Origin: an uncultured Gammaproteobacteria bacterium
Lineage (GTDB): Bacteria; Patescibacteriota; Microgenomatia; Levybacterales; GWA1-39-11
Assembly (NCBI GenBank): GCA_964406795.1
Contig: CAYOTA010000002.1
Span: 17,549 to 81,548, forward strand
Length of the DNA: 64,000 nt
Reading direction: 5' to 3'
The notes beneath the pieces were generated by a model. That model was not told where the DNA came from. It searched no databases and saw only the letters and a program-made list of their open reading frames with translations. Position numbers and translations under genes: made by a program. Positions 56,374 through 64,000 of this stretch are shown in pieces. The stretch's first letter is position 1. Every line of letters starts with the position of its first letter.

Positions 56374-57687
56374 GTGGAAATACTTATTGTTTTAGTTTTA
56401 ATTATTTTAAATGGTGTATTTGCCATGGCAGAGATAGCTATCGTTTCATCACGTAAATCAAAACTCCAACAACTGAGTCAAGATGGTGACATACAAGCAA
56501 GAAAAGCTTTAGAAATTGCTAATAACCCAAGCCGATTTTTGTCTACAGTCCAGATAGGCATAACACTGGTGGGAATATTTGCAGGTGCATTTGGAGGGGC
56601 AACAATTGCATCCAGTCTTTCAGATCAGTTAAGCGTTTTTCCACTTCTTGATCCATATAGTAATGTCTTATCTTTGGCAATTGTTGTTGGCGTTATTACC
56701 TATCTTTCACTTATCATAGGTGAATTAGTTCCCAAAAATATAGCACTTTCCAATCCTGAAAAAATTGCGTTTTTAGTTTCTAGCCCCATGAACATGATTT
56801 CTAAATTTGCAAGTCCGCTTGTAACACTGTTAAGTTTTTCCACAGATGTTATCTTAAAGGTGTTTCATATTAAACATGTCGCGCAGCCCTCAGTTACAGA
56901 TGAAGAGATACGATTGTTAATCAGGGAAGGAGCTAAAACAGGAGCGTTTGAGTTAGGTGAGCAAGATATTGTGGAACGCACACTAAAGCTGTCTGACAAA
57001 AGGGTAAAGTCACTTATGACATCCAGAAAAGAGATTGTTTGGCTTGATGTTGATAGTCCTTTTAAAACCATACGGAATAAAATTATTAGAAAACCCCATG
57101 CTCACTTTCCTGTTTGCAAAGGTACTCTTGACAAAATTCTTGGAATTATAAGAACGGAAAATTTACTTGTTGATTTTTTGGCTGATGAGAAAATAATTCT
57201 AAAAAAGTCAATGCATAAGCCTTTATTTGTTCCGGAAAGCATGGATGTATTTAAGGTTTTGGAATTGTTTAAAAAATCTGGAATTCACATGGCGTTAGTG
57301 TCAGATGAATATGGAAACACCCAGGGCTTAATTACCATTACAGATATAATGGAAGAAATTGTGGGAGACATACCCACTTTGAATGATGCTGTAGAAAAAG
57401 AAATAGTTAAAAGACTTGATGGTACATTTTTGGTTGACGGGTTGGTTTCTATAGAAGAGTTTAAAGAGTATTTTGGAATTAAAAGACTTGCTGGTGAAAA
57501 ATCAGGAGTATTTCATACGGTAGGCGGATTTATTACAACAAGAATGGGAAGGATCCCACTTGTGGGTGATAACTTTATATTTAACAATCACAAATATGAA
57601 GTTATGGACATGGATGGAACACGGGTTGATAAAATTTTAGTCTATGACCAAATAATTTTAAAAAAGTCCAAGTCACAACCTGTGTAA
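56374..57687 (+). CDS. CNNM/CorC-HlyC family transporter (DUF21 - CBS pair - CorC_HlyC)
   Basis: N-terminal DUF21 TM domain (LNGVFAMAEIAIVSSRKSKL), CBS region, C-terminal transporter-associated domain. Confidence 0.8.
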   Translation: MEILIVLVLIILNGVFAMAEIAIVSSRKSKLQQLSQDGDIQARKALEIANNPSRFLSTVQIGITLVGIFAGAFGGATIASSLSDQLSVFPLLDPYSNVLSLAIVVGVITYLSLIIGELVPKNIALSNPEKIAFLVSSPMNMISKFASPLVTLLSFSTDVILKVFHIKHVAQPSVTDEEIRLLIREGAKTGAFELGEQDIVERTLKLSDKRVKSLMTSRKEIVWLDVDSPFKTIRNKIIRKPHAHFPVCKGTLDKILGIIRTENLLVDFLADEKIILKKSMHKPLFVPESMDVFKVLELFKKSGIHMALVSDEYGNTQGLITITDIMEEIVGDIPTLNDAVEKEIVKRLDGTFLVDGLVSIEEFKEYFGIKRLAGEKSGVFHTVGGFITTRMGRIPLVGDNFIFNNHKYEVMDMDGTRVDKILVYDQIILKKSKSQPV

Positions 57688-57689
57688 GT

Positions 57690-58466
57690 ATGAAATATAA
57701 AGCACTTATGTTGGATATAGATGGAACAATTATTCCGTATGAACACCATGCGCTACCTTCCCAAAACGTAATTGATGCTATACAAAAAGCCGCCCAAAAA
57801 GGTGTAATTGTGTGTCTTGTAACAGGACGGGCATACGAATCCACAAAGCATATTCTTGAAAAATTAAAACTTCATGATGGAGTTGTGGTGACAAATGCTG
57901 GTGGTGGCATATTTGATATAAAAACTGCAAAACCACTGTACTTAAGACCCATGGAATCAGATCACGTGGATTTTTGTATACAATTACTTAGAAAACACAA
58001 AATTGAATTTTGGGTTAAAAACGGCATGCATGATGGTGCAGAACGAGAGGCTTATAAAGATGGGGATTCACGTAACGAAGTGTATATGATTTTTGCTATT
58101 GAGGAATATGACAGTAAGGTTGTGGAGATTGTACTTAAACAACTTTCAAAGCTTCCTAATTTAACCTCATATAAAACGAAGGGTAAGAATTTTCAGAAAG
58201 TTGGAATTAATATTTCCCATGGGCAAGCAACCAAGCTACATGGCATGGAGTTTCTAGTGAAATATTACAATTTAAAACGAGAAGAAGTAATAGGGGTGGG
58301 TGATTCATATAATGATTTTCCACTCTTGATGGCATCTGGTTTAAAAATTGCTATGGGAAACGCTTTGGAAGATCTCAAGGCTATTGCTGATTATGTAGCC
58401 CCAACTGTCACAAATGACGGAGTCGCTGAGGTGATTAACAAATTTTTACTTTCAGATCCTGCTTGA
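57690..58466 (+). CDS. Cof-type HAD-IIB hydrolase
   Basis: LMLDIDGTI (motif I), GVGDSYNDFPLLMASG (motif IV region). Confidence 0.75.
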   Translation: MKYKALMLDIDGTIIPYEHHALPSQNVIDAIQKAAQKGVIVCLVTGRAYESTKHILEKLKLHDGVVVTNAGGGIFDIKTAKPLYLRPMESDHVDFCIQLLRKHKIEFWVKNGMHDGAEREAYKDGDSRNEVYMIFAIEEYDSKVVEIVLKQLSKLPNLTSYKTKGKNFQKVGINISHGQATKLHGMEFLVKYYNLKREEVIGVGDSYNDFPLLMASGLKIAMGNALEDLKAIADYVAPTVTNDGVAEVINKFLLSDPA

Positions 58467-58526
58467 GATACGCTCAAAAATCTGCTATAATAGAATCTAT
58501 TCAAACTCAAAATATGTTTTTACGAG

Positions 58527-58853
58527 TTGAATTTATTTTACATGATTAACCTACCTCCTAACTTATGTACACGTTGCGGAAAAGACCGCATAGAATCTAA
58601 ATCCTGGAACGAAGAAATTACAGCCTTTTTTGGCTCTACCACCATAGTTCACACCGAGATGGTGTGCCCTGACGCAGAATGCCAGAAAATTGTTGAGGAA
58701 AAAATGGATGCTTTAAGACAGCGTACAGAAGACATGAAGGTGGAAAAAGAAAAACGTAAAACAGCTGCAGCGGCCTCATTTTTGGCTAAAAAAACTGAGG
58801 CCGCTAAAAATGCTGCTCCACAGGAAAAACCAGCCTCAAAAAAGAAAAAATAG
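58527..58853 (+). CDS. Hypothetical Cys-containing small protein with Lys-rich tail
   Basis: CTRCGK...CPDAEC (possible zinc ribbon). Tail KKTEAAKNAAPQEKPASKKKK. Confidence 0.45.
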   Translation: MNLFYMINLPPNLCTRCGKDRIESKSWNEEITAFFGSTTIVHTEMVCPDAECQKIVEEKMDALRQRTEDMKVEKEKRKTAAAASFLAKKTEAAKNAAPQEKPASKKKK

Positions 58854-58924
58854 CCTCAAATTTACCTCGTATTTCACCCTTCTTACTTGATTTATACTCT
58901 AATTTTTGATACAATGCTTGCTTC

Positions 58925-59731
58925 GTGGGATTTTGGAAAGCAAGTCTTACTGCCCTGCTTGTAGTGATCGTTTTCTCTTTTACAAGTACAGTACTTACAA
59001 CGCAAACACATGCCCAAGAGGTAGCCTTGGATGCTTTGAAAAAAGCTTCTGTTAGCAAAACCTGTATTCAGGACACCTTTGTTTTACCTTCAAAACCTTG
59101 TTCTCTGAATATTTCCACAAAAAAGAAAAACGCAGAATTTTTACCTACCTCAAATTTAATCCCCGAAATAGAACTGAAGAAAGTAGAGTTAAATAAAGAG
59201 GAAGTATATGTGGTACCGCAGGTAAACTTTGCAACAGAACCTACAGGTACATTATCAGCTGAGGTATTATTTAGCATGGTTAATACATACAGAACTTCAA
59301 TTGCTCTTCCAGCTTTTGAAAAAGAGGCACAAATTTGTTCAGTTGCGGAATCCAGAAGGGAAGGAATAGCTCAGGAAATTTACCAAGGTTTGCCCTTGCA
59401 TTCGGGTTTTTGGTCTATGAACCTTCCCTACTTCGCTACAGAAAACATGATTTACCAAAACACTGAAGCAGAAGCCCTAAATTGGTGGCTAAACTCACCC
59501 GTGCACAGATCCGCAATAGAGGGAAATTATAAATATGCTTGTGGGGTATGTAATGGTGAGGTGTGTAATTTAGTATTTACTAATTATGATCCTAAAGTGT
59601 TTACTCTTGCGCCAACCTTAACTCCTACCCCTGCTCCCACATTACCTTCCATCGTACCCATTGATACTAAAAACGCTGCAGCAGTAGTTCTCACAAGAGC
59701 TACAAAAAACTTTGCAGATACCTCAAAATAA
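58925..59731 (+). CDS. Secreted CAP/SCP/PR-1 domain protein with Pro/Thr-rich C-terminus
   Basis: Signal peptide. NWWLNSPVHRSAIEGNYKYACGVCNG (CAP domain H...N/G block). Confidence 0.65.
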   Translation: MGFWKASLTALLVVIVFSFTSTVLTTQTHAQEVALDALKKASVSKTCIQDTFVLPSKPCSLNISTKKKNAEFLPTSNLIPEIELKKVELNKEEVYVVPQVNFATEPTGTLSAEVLFSMVNTYRTSIALPAFEKEAQICSVAESRREGIAQEIYQGLPLHSGFWSMNLPYFATENMIYQNTEAEALNWWLNSPVHRSAIEGNYKYACGVCNGEVCNLVFTNYDPKVFTLAPTLTPTPAPTLPSIVPIDTKNAAAVVLTRATKNFADTSK

Positions 59732-59770
59732 TAATAGTACAGTTCCAGTTTTGTTTGGTACAATATCAAA

Positions 59771-60991
59771 GTGATTAGAAGATTTAAAAATTACTATCAT
59801 CTCTCAAGAGCCATTTTGGCATCTCTTCTATATGGCTTTCCGTCTCATAAACTTATTATAGTTGGCGTAACAGGAACTGATGGAAAAACTACTACTTCAA
59901 CCCTTCTCTATCACGTTTTAAACGAAGCAGGACACAAAACTCTTCTTATTTCCACCATAGGCGCTTATATGCATGGAAAGTATATAGAAACTGGTCTTCA
60001 CACAACAACTCCTTCATCTTTTGAAATTCAAAAATTATTAAAACAGGCAGTTGACCGCGGCATGACACATGCAGTACTAGAAGTAACTTCCCACGCGTTG
60101 GATCAGAATAGAATCTGGGGAATTCCTTTTGACATTGGTATTGTTACAAACGTTACGCGTGAACATTTGGACTACCACAAAACACACTCCAAATACATAC
60201 TGGCAAAGCAAAAACTATTGGAAAGATCAAAAATAGCAATTGTAAATAAGGATGATTCGTCTTATGAATCGTTTAAAAAGGCGTTGCCTGAATCAAAAAT
60301 TTTGACCTATTCCTTACAAGACACTACTGCCACAATATGCGCTGCAACATCACCTTTTAAAACTAAGCTTATTGGAGAATTTAATAGACAAAATGTTTTA
60401 GCTGCAGTTTTGGCTGCCCAAAAGTTAGAAGTATCAAACGACATCATTAAAAAAGCAATTGAAATATTTGAGCCTCCAGCTGGAAGACAGGAGATTGTGT
60501 ATGATAAGAAATTTAGGGTCATGATTGATTTTGCTCATACTCCTAACTCGTTTCTCAAGGTTTTGCCGGTTGTACGTGAGCGCACTACAGGCAAGTTAAT
60601 TCATGTATATGGGTCAGCTGGGAAAAGAGATCACGGAAAAAGGCCGCTTATGGGAAAAGCGTCATCTGAATTTGCAGATGTTATGATTCTGACGGCAGAA
60701 GACCCAAGAGAGGAAAGTGTTGAGGTAATAAATACTGAGATAGAAAGTGGTTTTATACCAGGGTTTGTTTTATTAGATACAGCTGTAACTGATATTAAGG
60801 AGAAATCATTTTTTAAAATTTCTGATAGATTTCAAGCTCTCACAAAAGCGGTTGAAATAGCAAGACCCCATGACGCTATACTCATAACTGGAAAAGGACA
60901 CGAAAAATCCATGAATATAAATGGAAAAGAAATTCCTTGGGACGACAAAAAGGAAGTGTTAAAGGTACTCAAAGAGACAAAATTACTGTAA
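59771..60991 (+). CDS. Mur ligase family protein (MurE-like UDP-MurNAc-tripeptide synthetase, short N-terminus)
   Basis: GVTGTDGKTTTSTLL (P-loop), Mur ligase middle and C-terminal domains (HTPNSF). Confidence 0.7.
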   Translation: MIRRFKNYYHLSRAILASLLYGFPSHKLIIVGVTGTDGKTTTSTLLYHVLNEAGHKTLLISTIGAYMHGKYIETGLHTTTPSSFEIQKLLKQAVDRGMTHAVLEVTSHALDQNRIWGIPFDIGIVTNVTREHLDYHKTHSKYILAKQKLLERSKIAIVNKDDSSYESFKKALPESKILTYSLQDTTATICAATSPFKTKLIGEFNRQNVLAAVLAAQKLEVSNDIIKKAIEIFEPPAGRQEIVYDKKFRVMIDFAHTPNSFLKVLPVVRERTTGKLIHVYGSAGKRDHGKRPLMGKASSEFADVMILTAEDPREESVEVINTEIESGFIPGFVLLDTAVTDIKEKSFFKISDRFQALTKAVEIARPHDAILITGKGHEKSMNINGKEIPWDDKKEVLKVLKETKLL

Positions 60992-61002
60992 TATAGAACT
61001 TC

Positions 61003-61962
61003 ATGAAGTTTTTGACAGGACTATTCTTATCATTCACTATTTTAGGAATATTTGTGTTTGGGATTAGGTATTATTCTGAACTTACAGACGTAAACAGCAC
61101 GCTCTCCTCCCCTCTTCCTGATAAATTAACTAAAATAAGCAAATCCTTCTCTTCTCCATTTGAATTTTGGATGCCTGCAAAAACAAAAGTTGCAACAAGC
61201 ACAAAAATACCCCAAATCCAAGCTGCTGCAGCACTATCATATGATTTGACTACCGGTCAAGTATTATTTGATAAAAACAGTACTAAAAAACTTCCCATGG
61301 CATCTTTAACAAAGGTTATGACGGCAATTGTAGCACTAGATACTCTTAAATCAAGTGATATGGTTACTATTAACAAAAACTCAGCAAGTATCGGTGAGAA
61401 CTCCATGGGGCTCTCGGCCGGAGAAAAGTTAACTGTTGAGGACTTGTTGTACGGTCTCTTTTTACTTTCAGGAAACGATGCAGCTGAGGCACTAGCAAAT
61501 GCCTCTCCATTTGGGCGAGAAAACTTTGTGTTCCAAATGAATAAAAAGGCAGAAGAATTAGGATTATCGAATACTAGATTTACAAATCCAAGCGGACTTC
61601 AAGGGGATGGTAACCAATACAGTACAGCAAAAGACTTACTCATTATAACAAAATACGCATTGGAAAATCCAACCATTGCGCAAGTTGCAAGTAAACCGTA
61701 TTACTTTATCCCCTACACTGACACTCACAAAGCATTTGAATTATATAATGAAACAAACTTGTTAACTACCTATCCTGGGGTAAAAGGGTTTAAAACCGGA
61801 TATACGTATGAAGCTGGGTTGTGCCTTATAACTTATTTAGAATATAACGGACACAAAATTATAGCAGTAGTACTAAATAGTCCTTCCAGGCGAGAAGAAA
61901 TGATTCAAATATTGGACTATTCACTCAAATCATTAGGAACTAATCCCCCACCACGCGGATAA
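61003..61962 (+). CDS. D-alanyl-D-alanine carboxypeptidase (peptidase S11, PBP5/6-like)
   Basis: SLTKVMT (SxxK), LLSGNDAA (SxN), GFKTGYT (KTG). Confidence 0.8.
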   Translation: MKFLTGLFLSFTILGIFVFGIRYYSELTDVNSTLSSPLPDKLTKISKSFSSPFEFWMPAKTKVATSTKIPQIQAAAALSYDLTTGQVLFDKNSTKKLPMASLTKVMTAIVALDTLKSSDMVTINKNSASIGENSMGLSAGEKLTVEDLLYGLFLLSGNDAAEALANASPFGRENFVFQMNKKAEELGLSNTRFTNPSGLQGDGNQYSTAKDLLIITKYALENPTIAQVASKPYYFIPYTDTHKAFELYNETNLLTTYPGVKGFKTGYTYEAGLCLITYLEYNGHKIIAVVLNSPSRREEMIQILDYSLKSLGTNPPPRG

Positions 61963-62007
61963 TGTATGCATATTGAATATTATAGGCTATATTGATATAA
62001 TTCCTGA

Positions 62008-62505
62008 ATGACAGAATTTGAAACTTCAAAAGGGAATCCAAATGAGCCAACTTCGTTTGAAATATTTGGAAAAAGTTTATTGTTAACAGCCTTTCAAGCT
62101 CACGGAGATTGGATAAGCGTTTCAGACCGTGATGGGAATGTTTTACACGCTGTATTAACATATGGCACTACGAACTATAAGGTTAGGGCAAGAAGGGATC
62201 AAGTGCTGAACAATAAGCAGACTTCAGAGCTTGTTGTGGAGCAAGACAGAGATACAAGCACTTCAAGAAGACAAAAACTTTTTCATGCTCAGATTGTCTG
62301 TGCTGTAAATATTACAACAGGTGAGGAGGAGGTTCATTTAAGGGCATATTTCTTAGGTTCTGTTAATACTCTAAGCGAAAGTGAAAGAAAAGTATTTTTG
62401 AATAGTTTCTCAAAGGCTACTTTTAATCCAAATCGTACACAAATTTATGAAACAGAACTTACAAACAGGTATGGAGTGGATCATGTGTCACGTATTACCC
62501 GCTAA
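62008..62505 (+). CDS. Hypothetical protein (165 aa)
   Basis: ORF only. Confidence 0.4.
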   Translation: MTEFETSKGNPNEPTSFEIFGKSLLLTAFQAHGDWISVSDRDGNVLHAVLTYGTTNYKVRARRDQVLNNKQTSELVVEQDRDTSTSRRQKLFHAQIVCAVNITTGEEEVHLRAYFLGSVNTLSESERKVFLNSFSKATFNPNRTQIYETELTNRYGVDHVSRITR

Positions 62506-62517
62506 TTTCAAAATGAG

Positions 62518-62598
62518 TGCCGAAGGCGGGACTCGGACCCGCATCCCTTACGAGACACGCTCTTAAGGCGTGCGTGTATACCATTCCACCACTTCGGC
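62518..62598 (-). tRNA. tRNA-Leu (anticodon TAA), class II
   Basis: GCCGAAGTGGTGGAATGGTATACACGCACGCCTTAAGAGCGTGTCTCGTAAGGGATGCGGGTCCGAGTCCCGCCTTCGGCA. Confidence 0.8.
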
Positions 62599-62644
62599 AT
62601 AAACATATTGTACCAAGAAATTAGTCTAAATTCGAGCCTGAACT

Positions 62645-63559
62645 TTAGTTACTACATTGGGGCATTTGAGCTGATAAAAAAGAAAATACTTCTTTTTCAA
62701 ATAATTCCGGGTCAGTTTTAAATGACTGTACATGATCCGCATCTGCAAATGCTACTAACTTACTTTGTGGGGAAGACGCCTTTAAAAGTTCTTCACTGTT
62801 CTGAAACGGTATAAATACATCCTTAACTCCATGAATAAATAGAATTGGTTTTGAAGAATATTCTTTTACTTTATCAATAGGTCTCACGCTTCCAATATCA
62901 ACTCCATATAGTAACTTTGATGCAAGAAATATTCCAGGATTCATGAAGGTAGGAATCTTTTCCTTCACCATTTCCCGCTCAATAATAGGCTTTATAGCAG
63001 TTGCCGCACTATCAACTATTACGGCCCCCAAATCTTTTGTAATATCTAAGTCTTGAAGAGTCGTAATACCTCCCAAGGAGCTTCCAATTACAGCAATATT
63101 TTTAGATGCATATCCTGAATCAGTTAGATATTTTAAAACTGCGTTAACATCCCGCACTTCAGTAGCCCCAAACCCGAGCGTGTTACCACCGGAAAACCCT
63201 GATCCTCTTGGATCATACATAATAACTCCGTATCCTTTTTCCAGCGCCAATTGCGCAATTCCTTGTCCTCCATAATCCCCACTTATCCTGTTCTGGTGGA
63301 TTCCGGGTACTAAAACTACTGCACAGGTAGCATTATTTTTGAAAAACCATCCTTTTAAATTAATGTTGTCAGTTGTATTTACCTCAAAATCCTGTGCACC
63401 TGGCCCTATAGCGCTACTTTTTTGCGTAAACGTCAAGTGCTTTGGCTGCAAAAATTTATTTGCTATAAACCAACTTATCCCAACATATGCTGCAACTCCA
63501 AGTACAAATAGTATCGCTAGTATAATAAGTATTGTTTTCAAGTTATATAAAATTCTCAA
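62645..63559 (-). CDS. Alpha/beta hydrolase (dienelactone-hydrolase/S9-like), membrane-anchored
   Basis: GSSLGG (GxSxG nucleophile elbow), HGVKD, acid/His region. N-terminal TM. Confidence 0.7.
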   Translation of the reverse strand: MRILYNLKTILIILAILFVLGVAAYVGISWFIANKFLQPKHLTFTQKSSAIGPGAQDFEVNTTDNINLKGWFFKNNATCAVVLVPGIHQNRISGDYGGQGIAQLALEKGYGVIMYDPRGSGFSGGNTLGFGATEVRDVNAVLKYLTDSGYASKNIAVIGSSLGGITTLQDLDITKDLGAVIVDSAATAIKPIIEREMVKEKIPTFMNPGIFLASKLLYGVDIGSVRPIDKVKEYSSKPILFIHGVKDVFIPFQNSEELLKASSPQSKLVAFADADHVQSFKTDPELFEKEVFSFLSAQMPQCSN

Positions 63560-64000
63560 TAAGTTTGGCAGTTATCTCAGGGTTGTTAATAACAATTATG
63601 TGATTTTCCCCCGCTACAACTTCTAATTTAGCATTTTTTATACTATTTTTCATCTCTTCTGAAATTTTGGTAGGATACACACTGTCGCGACTTCCTGAAA
63701 TAATAAGTGTGGGACATGTAATGTTTTTAATAACATCTCTGGCGTCCAGCTTCAAAATATTTGCGAGTAAATACATATAACTTTTACCAGATGTGTGAAG
63801 TATATCTGAGGCAATTCTTTTAACATCATGGTCCCCTGTTCCTTTATATCCTTCAAAATGAACCTGTTTTTTGTACCGCATGGATGGCAAAACATGTGCA
63901 AGCGCTATAAACAAACTTTGAGAAATATCATTTGAAAGTAAAGCATTTGCAAACGGTTTTTTATATGTTGTATTAATTAAGATAAGCTTTGATACCAGCT
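63543..64000 (-). CDS. Second alpha/beta hydrolase, C-terminal part (gene begins beyond window end)
   Basis: ...CPTLIISGSRDSVYP...AKLEVVAGENHIIV...PEITAKLIENFI, the typical alpha/beta-hydrolase C-terminus with catalytic His. Frame open to position 64000. Confidence 0.6.
   Translation of the reverse strand, partial: LVSKLILINTTYKKPFANALLSNDISQSLFIALAHVLPSMRYKKQVHFEGYKGTGDHDVKRIASDILHTSGKSYMYLLANILKLDARDVIKNITCPTLIISGSRDSVYPTKISEEMKNSIKNAKLEVVAGENHIIVINNPEITAKLIENFI

Noticed and set aside
1-64000. CRISPR arrays, rRNA genes, IS elements/transposases, integrase genes
   Set aside because: None found. No regularly spaced direct repeats, no rRNA-like sequence, no DDE/tyrosine-recombinase-like ORFs. 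The att-like duplicates are noted as findings only.

Overview
This 64 kb window is low-GC, gene-dense chromosomal DNA. Its gene content looks like a reduced-genome bacterium of Candidate Phyla Radiation / Patescibacteria type, but that is an inference. The evidence is short proteins, a trigger factor lacking the PPIase domain, giant DUF2341/LamG surface proteins, and single tRNA genes scattered between protein genes. Most genes are on the minus strand.

Recognisable core functions:
- thrS (5' partial)
- tig
- a methyl-cycle set: metK, plus ahcY and an adenosine kinase in one operon
- engB, gdhA, corA, bcp
- a CorC/CNNM transporter, MurE-like ligase and DacA-like carboxypeptidase
- a histidine kinase, an MFS transporter, TspO and a GT2 glycosyltransferase
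- several secreted cell-wall enzymes (NodB deacetylases, muramidase-like paralogs, NAGPA-like glycosidase, CAP-domain protein)
- 9 tRNA genes: Val-GAC, Leu-TAG, Leu-CAG, Gly-GCC, Phe-GAA, Val-TAC, Leu-GAG, Gln-TTG, Leu-TAA

Accessory content is centred on a translationally coupled Type I R-M operon, hsdM-kilA(N)-hsdS-orf-hsdR (27.1-34.2 kb). Directly upstream of it sit a stand-alone FtsK-gamma winged-helix protein and a tandem array of four diverged paralogous small proteins (34.2-36.3 kb). I read the whole block as a candidate defence island with uncharacterised components.

The other striking feature is at 0.8-5.2 kb. Five consecutive minus-strand genes are each followed by a near-identical intrinsic terminator (AAAAAAACCTCCC-loop-GGGAGG). 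At least three of them are preceded by a conserved leader module containing CTGAG-N3-TATCGAAG and a hairpin whose sequence changes while pairing is kept.

Smaller observations:
- a decayed topoisomerase IB pseudogene
- a YegS/DagK-type lipid kinase split by a frameshift at an A8 run
- partial duplicates of the 3' ends of tRNA-Gln, tRNA-Val and tig
- a small membrane-protein ORF bracketed by 32-bp direct repeats, next to a G-tract-rich segment

No rRNA, CRISPR array or intact transposase/integrase was seen.
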